A stretch of DNA of 64,000 nt. It comes from Antedon mediterranea. Its lineage: Eukaryota; Animalia; Echinodermata. Location of the stretch: the NCBI RefSeq assembly GCF_964355755.1, contig NC_092670.1:33716388-33780387 (forward strand), read 5' to 3'. A program made the position numbers and the translations under genes. Below are positions 56,235-64,000 of the stretch, piece after piece. The notes below the pieces were generated by a model. That model saw nothing but the letters and a program-made list of their open reading frames with translations, ran no database searches and was not told the DNA's origin. Numbering within the stretch: the stretch's first letter is position 1; every line of letters starts with the position of its first letter.

Positions 56235-56990
56235 TTAAAATTCTTGAGGGATATTAGTATACAACGATGAAACATTTAATGTAGCCAGAACAGAATTATT
56301 AAGTAAATTTTGAATTTGGTTAAATTTGTGGATAAAGTCCGTGTAGAGTAAATCATCCACATATTCAGAAATTTTCTCTTTAGCAGTGCCATTGCCCGAA
56401 ATAATGGGTCTACCAGGATTGCCTGCTTTATGGATTTTAGGTAGGAAATAAAATCTGCCTTCAACAGGATTAACCTGTGCAAAATGAGGTCCAATCTTAG
56501 GAACGATGGAGTGTTTTTTTACCATCACAGAAACAGATTTAGTCACCTTTTATCCGCAATTGCATGGGTGGGATCCGTTGTAAGTTTACGATAATGAAGA
56601 GGATTGTTTAGCTTGTCTTCATAAAATGTGATGTCCATAGCAACAGTGACAGAACCTTTATCAGCGGGTCTAATGGTGATATCATTACGCTGATGCAATT
56701 TGGCAATGGCCTGCCTCTCTTGTTTTGAGAGATTGTCACGTTTCTGGATTCGGGACGTAGTTTTGTACATCCTCCTCAATAGCCTGAATAAATGCAGGAA
56801 GTTCTCTGTTCAACTTCATAGTTCTAGAGTGAATATCAACTTAAAACTCAGTGAGGATGTTGCGGCAATTGCCAATTTGGATCTCATAGAGTGAAGCATT
56901 TTTGTGAAGGAAAGCGTTCCAACGGGAACGCATGCCATCATCTGCAAATCGAATACCAGATGTGACATAAAATTGAAGTTCTTTAGGGGC
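56235..56990 (-). mobile_element. Penelope-like element fragment
   Basis: NLSKQERQAI..I.PADKGS, FYFLPKIHK..PGRPIIS and NVSSLYTNIP motifs. Confidence 0.85.
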
Positions 56991-57693
56991 CGAATGTTTC
57001 TGTGTGCTATGTAATGGAAAGGCTTGATAAGCAATGACATCTCTCTTTGTAGCCACAAAGCCGATTTTCCACTTGCGTGAATTGAAAGCTCCAGCTTATA
57101 CGCATGTGTAATCAAGTGTCCATCTTCAAAATCCCTCTTTACGCCTTCGATTCGCCCGAACAAATTCGCCTAGTGAAAAATCGGCTTAACAACAAATACA
57201 ATGCTTTATCTGACAAATAGTCTGTTAAAGGTGACCTACATTTATTTTGTTTAAACCTCATTCAGAAACACACACAAAAACTCACATAGTCCATACTTTT
57301 TGTTGGTCTTCGAACAGGTCTCTTTACTTTCTTTCTTTCTTTTTTTTATCCTACATCTCCATTTTTCCAAATAAAAGATGGTTAAATCCAACAATTCCAT
57401 CGAAAGGAGTGGCGGCGAATGAATTTGCCAGTTATCAAATTGTACGCAAATAGATTATGAAATTTTAATTTGTACTCTATAGTACCAGGGGAGATGGGGA
57501 TTATGGACGGAGTAATTCAATTCAATATTTTATTTCGAAAATTAAAAGTACGAATACATTTTTATGAAAATAAACTGACTAACAAGTTATTAATACGACG
57601 CGCTCTCATCTCAAGATGGCACTTGTTATTGAATACATGAGAAAAAAAATCTGTTGACTTATGTGAACAAATGTTTTCCTTACGTTCATACCA

Positions 57694-58833
57694 GGGTGTC
57701 ACGAAACCTAAAACCACGAAAGCTAAGACCCCCCTAAGACCTAAGATCACGAAAGCTAAGACCCAAGACCTAAGATTACAAATAGTTATCTTTCGCACCT
57801 GCCTTGTATTTTAACTCCCAATTTTTATTCTGAATACCACACCTTAGAATTGGCACTTTAATGAAAAAGAATCACATAAAAAGTAACAAATACAATTTTA
57901 AATTGATGATTTTACAGACGTTTTTCTCGCACACAAACTGTTTGCGAATTTCGCATGACTAGCCTACAGTACAGTAGGCCTACCCCATGTTCAATGTTTT
58001 TGTTTCTATGGAACGTCAAAAGAGCAAAAATTATATAGAGGGCTGAAAACTCCGTGGAGTCCATCTACAGTGTGGATGGAACAATGTAAAATTAAAATTG
58101 TAATGATAATAGTATAATCATGCAAGTACGAAGAAATAAATACTGGCAAATAAATTTTAATTTAAAAATCATGATAATAAGTTTTTTTGTTTCGTTTTCT
58201 TTCTGTTGTTATACTTGTACTATTATTGTTGCTCTTTTGGTGCATCATAGAAACAAAAACATTGAGCATGGGGGGGGGGGAGCTCGAGGAGTTACAGGTA
58301 GAGATATTATAGTTCACTATAATATCTCTGAACTATAATATCTCTATGAGTATACAAAGAAACATGTCTGTAAATTCATCAATTTAAAAGATTTATTTAT
58401 TTGTTTTTATGTGTTTCTCCTTCTGAAAGTACTTATAAATCCTAATTTTAAAGTGTTGTATTCAGGATAAAGTTAGTCAACAAATTTGGAGTCAAAATAC
58501 AGGAAAGGCAGGTGCGTAAGAAAAACGTCCTCTGAACCAACACAATGGAGTAAATATATACTAACAAACAACCCGTCAAGTTTGTTTGTTGTAAAGAAAA
58601 AAATATACATTTACTCAACGGGCGAAAATTATGTGAGTTTATCTATGTTTTGCGGTAGTATTTAATTATATTTATGGTAATAAATGACACCTACTGTGTT
58701 TAAAATTATGTATGGATAAACAAGTATTGTTTTTAAGCTGTAGTATATCTTAGAATTTGTAAATTGTCTTAGCTTTCGTGAACTTAGGTCATAGGGGGTC
58801 TTAGCTTTCGTGGTCTTAGGTTTCGTGACACCC
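57694..58833. mobile_element. Mutator-like non-autonomous element
   Basis: TIR gggtgtcacgaaaccta...; 10-bp TSD GTTCATACCA (57684-57693, 58834-58843); empty paralogous site at ~43895. Confidence 0.85.
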
Positions 58834-60075
58834 GTTCATACCACCATCAAATCAAATCAAACCAGTGATTCACTTGCCAAATCAATAATGTATAGTCGTC
58901 AATGTGTCAAAGGACCATAACATGCCAGGTCTCCTGAAATGATTTTGATTTACAATGCATTTTAAAGATGTATAAAAATCTAAATCTAAAAATATAAGAC
59001 AATCCAGTCTTAGGAATAAGTGAGTAATCTTTACTGACGTATTCATGAATTGACGGAAGTGGTGCCATATTTGTGTTTCAGATATGTAGATGACACTGAA
59101 ATTCTATGCGGAACAACAAGAGATAAAAACAAAAACATATTGTAAACTAAATTTTTATTTTGATAAAGATAGATAAGATATAAAGCTAATAAATCACGCC
59201 ATGAACATCGTGTGTTTCTTACTAAGTAGCCGCGAAACACACGTTATCAAACTATTACGCAGTGGCATACAAACTTACTTTGTATCAGTGTATATAGAGT
59301 GATTTCTTAAATATGTATTGTCCCTCACAAACAAAAAAAAGATTAATAAATCAGATTTTAAATAGGCCATTTTGCAGTTTTCATAAAGTTATTGCCTTCT
59401 GTAAAATAAAAACCTCTAAAAATGAATAATTATTTCAACTATAGGCCTACAAATGTAAGTATTTTTGTATTTAAATTACATTGTTCATGTATATAATTAT
59501 TATTATTATTATCAAGTTTTTGGTCAAAGTGAATAACTATATATGTGACATTTAAATGGAATATTCAACAAAACATTTGAAAAAAACAATTTTATGGGGA
59601 CAATATATCTTTAATGCATGCTGTTACAAGGGACAGGTTTAAGCTTACCTTTTGTATAGAAATAATCAAATTTTAAACTCGCCGGCCAAGAGAAAATGAT
59701 GACTTTGGGCATCCACAAGAAGATGACACGTGTTTTTTTTTTCAGATTTTCTTTCCCGTCATTAACTAGACAAAATGAACCGAACAAATCTACAAACAAT
59801 CCGAATGGCTCTAATGTAACAAGTATACCCTTTTAGATAATACACAACTGTATTTTTTTTTTTTCTGATTGACATAATTATTGATATATTATTTTCATTT
59901 TATTGTTAAAACATTTGAACTTATTTTATCACATCCTTTCTGTATTGTATAAAAATTATCTTATCGGGCCTCTAAATGTGATAACTTAAGTCCTTCCCCT
60001 TCGCCAACAATATAAATTCACCATTCATTCAACTAAAATTCACTTCAATTCACCAGTTACTTATCGACACTAAAA

Positions 60076-62477
60076 ATGGCACACTCAGCCGTCTTATGCA
60101 TCTGTCTGTTGTTTGTTCTTCTTGCTTTTGGACATGGTGAGTTTTTTTTAGCCTACGGTATATTTAGTTTTGAATATGGGCTGGCAAGGCCTATTTTAAA
60201 ATTAATGTGCGGTTAGTTAAACGATTTTTAGCGAAAATTGTTACTCCTTTTTACGTGAACCGTTACAATTTCACTAATCCAATAAAGCCTGATTACCCAT
60301 TTTCATGTAAAATCGTTACTTCTGGATAACTGAACGTCGAAAGGAAATATAAAAAAAAATGAATAATTGAATTGACTCAATGAACATCAATGTCTAGAGA
60401 CGGATTTCTTATACTACTCGGACCTGTCAATCTAAATTTGGACAGAATTTTCTTAATGAAATGTTTCTTTCTCTTCATCGGATGATAATAATTTGCATTA
60501 TATTTAACTCTGTATACTTTTATGTTATAATATTGTTTGTATTATTTTGAAATAATGTTTATCACTTTGTATTGCAGCAAAGACGTTTTCAAGAAGCCGA
60601 AGTTCATCATCAGAAGAACATAACAGTAAGTCAGTCCAAATAAATCTGTCAATTAGTCTTACATTCATCTAAATGATGATGAAACTAAGCATATTGGTTG
60701 GTCCTATAATTGACCAAGGGCTTCTCTCGTCCAGTCTCCACCTTACCAGAGAGGCATACACCAATATGTCTGAGGCAGATACTAGATGCAGTGGCAACCG
60801 TAAGAGTCAGCAATGCTGATTTCAAATGCCTAATTGAACCCCATCTCCATGTATACGACACCAGATGTTCCCAGAAGGTCTCCAATTCCATTCGGGCCCA
60901 ACGTTGACGTTAACTTCGCTATGTAGAAGATTTATATTCTTATAATATAAATATCACAAAGAGACCTGATGCTTTTCACTGATTTCGCAAAAGCATTTAA
61001 TCAAGTGGAAAGAAATGTAACGTTAGAAGCTGTAAAGAAATTAGGATTTGGTCTTATTTTTAAAATTAAGGATAAAAGAAAGATAGTATGACATTACTCC
61101 TTAAAATGTAGTATGAATTCTTATTGCACAAGCAACGTGGGAGATAAAATTCCAACATAATGATATTTAATGGAATGGTATATAATAAGATTAAAAATTA
61201 AAGATGTATTGTCCCCCTGAAAAAAAAAATCATTATTTTTTTTAATATCCTATTTTAATATCACATAATATTTATTCACTTTTTAACCAAAAATTGGATT
61301 GAAAAGTTATTTAAATTATTTACTTGCACACATAGAAAACTGTAATTTAGGCTAAAGCAAAACATATCCAAATGGACCAGCCAATAGATTTTTGGTTGAA
61401 ATTAACCATTTATTTAGTCATTTTATAAGTGAAAACGTTTGTTTTCTTACGGAAGTGATTAATTTGATTAAAACTACAAAATAACCTATTCAAAGTCGGA
61501 TTTAATTTATCTTAATTTTTTAATTCTTTAGGGAAAATATATTTATAATTAAACAAGGCCATATATAGATGGCTGCAGTTGCATGTCGAAGTTAGTTTTT
61601 ACCGACCGACTGACCGACCGACCGACAGACCGACATAGTGAGCTGTGGAGTCACGTTGCATGCGAATAAAAACGTTATGGTTCAAAATTGTTGTTTTTCT
61701 TATTTAAAAATCATGTTTAGATATTATAAAAGACAGTTCACTGAAAGATGCAGTAGATCATCTAGCTGAAGGCATAGAAGATGTAATCCAAACCATGCTT
61801 AACATTATGGAGCAACAGCTTCAAGGCCATGAAGACAATATCCTTGGCAGATTAGATGAAATCGACGAGAAGATTAACCACATCCAGCAATGCTCTTGCT
61901 CGAGTAAGTATTTCACAATTGAACCGTCTTATGAATACAGTTTACATCTTAGTATCAAAAGATAAAGATTGTTCGATATGTTCGGGTGAGAGCATACCGA
62001 GTGGCAATAGGCCGGATAGCAAAATGTGAGGCGATAGTATAAATCCTATGTGCTCCCAAGATTGTTTTTGTCAGTAGAAACAGAAAGCAATTACCTATCA
62101 ATTATAAACTGTATAATTATTACTATTCATTGGAAAACGAAATGTTCCTCAATTCATAATGATGTTTTTTTTTTCTTTTTTTCATTCATTTAGAGCGCTT
62201 TAGGGTGTTCTACGCGGCAGATGGACGGTATACGCTGAATTTTGAACAAGCGAAACAAAAATGTGTTGATAACGGTGCAGTAATCGCCACTCCCAATCAG
62301 TTACAAGCAGCATATTCTTTTGGATTTGACCATTGCAACTTTGGGTGGTTGTCAGATGGCACCGTTCGATACCCAATCACAATGCCACGAGTAGGATGTG
62401 GAGAGGGACCTCCTGGCGTTCGAAGCTTGGGAACACAGGATAAGAGTAAAACTTACGATGTTTATTGTTTTAAGTAA
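60076..62477 (+). CDS. Secreted coiled-coil + single Link module protein, copy B, 191 aa
   Basis: Exons 60076-60136, 60578-60625, 61721-61903, 62194-62477; frame intact. Confidence 0.9.
60673..60918 (-). mobile_element. 5S-derived SINE, duplicated copy
   Basis: Paralog of 45298-45543. Confidence 0.7.
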
Positions 62478-64000
62478 CCAAACTAATAGGAACAATAATC
62501 ATAAAATATATTATTGATAATTATTATCTTATGTTGTATTAGCATTTAGGCGTATAATCATCATTACAAAAACGTTCTGATAAGATAAGAGTAAAACTTT
62601 GTTTATTGTTTTAAGAATCCATCAAAACTTATCTAATAATACAATATTATCAATGATATTTTGATTAATATATACGTTCTTTAATAAACATTTATGAAAG
62701 ATTTACAAAATGTATCTTTACTTTTTGACACATGTACTGGTTATAAAATGATTTTACTTAGTTATTAGACTTAGCGTAGTAGTCTGTTGACAGCGCGAGG
62801 TGAAGAAGATGAGACGCTCACGCTATCAAAAGATGATTGCAAGGGTACCCTGCACGACATTTCGGTTGTTAATAGGGGGTTTTCGCATGAACGTAAACGT
62901 TAAGTGTAACACTATCTCAAATCATATTGTAAACAGATCGATCTGCGCGTGCGCAAGCAATACGAAAAACTTTACGTACCTCGAGAACCTTATTTCTGAA
63001 AATAGCGTCAATGAAAAATAACCAAAGGGTATCGAAACATGGAAGAATCATTACATTTCTGCAAAATGTTTAAGAAAACACATGATAAATTTAATTAATA
63101 ATTTATGTTTTTACTTAAGCTAAACAATAACAATTGTTCAACAAAATTTTTCAGCCAATATGCATGGTAAAACAAGCCTAGGTATTCCATGAGTTGTTCT
63201 AAAAAACTGTAATTAAAGCAAAAAATAGTTAAATTGACTGGAATTCAATGTGGTTTTAGTTGAATTTAATCATTTATTTTGTCTTTTTATAAGTGAAAAC
63301 TTTTTTTTTTCCTACGAAAGTTATTAAATTTATTAAAACTGCGACATAACAATTTATTAGTCTTTTTACTGATTTTTTTTTAGAGGACAATGTATTTTTA
63401 ATATAAAAAGAAAACAAGGCAATGTACATGGTTGCAGTTGCGTGCCCAAACTTTAGTTAGTGTTTCCCGACCAACCGACCGACATAGTGAGCTGTATAGT
63501 CGCGTTTGCACAGGACTAAGAAGCGGGCATGCGCATCCTACGACAGCGTGTGTAATACCTTTAGTTTAGTTTTAATTTAAAAGCTAGAAGAGCTTCACTC
63601 GCGATCAAATTTGGTGAAATCTTGACATCTGAAGGACATCAACACTTCCTACCAGAATTCAACAACATGGACCACCGTAACGCGGACACATTAAATATCT
63701 CGAAATGCAGAACATCGCTAGGATTGTTGTGACATGTTATTATCGATCGTATAAGGTTATATGTATAACTATCAATCAATAATCTTTTATTTCAGCATAA
63801 CACTATAGAAAATACAAACAATACAAACGAAAACAAAAGCATCAGCACAATTCAAAAACTTAAAACACAATGCTCTCAGTATCATCATCTGTGTAGAATA
63901 AAATTAAAACATCTTAGATTAAAGATACAGACAATATGACCTAATAATACAAAAGCATCAGTAAAATTCGAAAAAAATGTAAACACAATGCTCTCAGTAT

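Larger units (their letters stand above)
59865..64000 (+). repeat. Near-identical segmental duplicate of 44490-48546 (offset ~15.4 kb)
   Basis: Collinear high identity across promoter, exons, introns, SINE, HINEs and the 116-bp array. Confidence 0.95.

Overview
AT-rich, intron-containing animal genomic DNA, not prokaryotic. It is probably an invertebrate deuterostome such as an echinoderm (inferred from gene families and transposon types). I reconstructed five multi-exon genes by hand from GT-AG sites and reading-frame phase, all predicted to be secreted. (1) A minus-strand TSP1x5 + EGF-like + uromodulin/GP2 D8C-like gene (1512-11343) with two premature stops and a frameshift, so likely a pseudogene. 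(2) A C-type lectin (EPN) fused to six FG-GAP/VCBS-type repeats (26097-32642). (3) A single-domain EPN C-type lectin paralog (35614-39793). (4, 5) Two near-identical genes encoding signal peptide + coiled coil + Link module (44701-47111, 60076-62477), inside a ~15.4 kb tandem duplication, with decayed Link exons between them. The rest is mostly transposon-derived: a Mag-clade Gypsy LTR element, LINE and Penelope fragments, a 5S-derived SINE, Helentron/DINE-like elements, and MITEs resembling Kolobok, Academ, Harbinger, MULE and Sola. There is also a 68-bp palindromic satellite built on inverted CACAGTG heptamers and interrupted by nested insertions. No database searches were run; family assignments rest on motif recognition.
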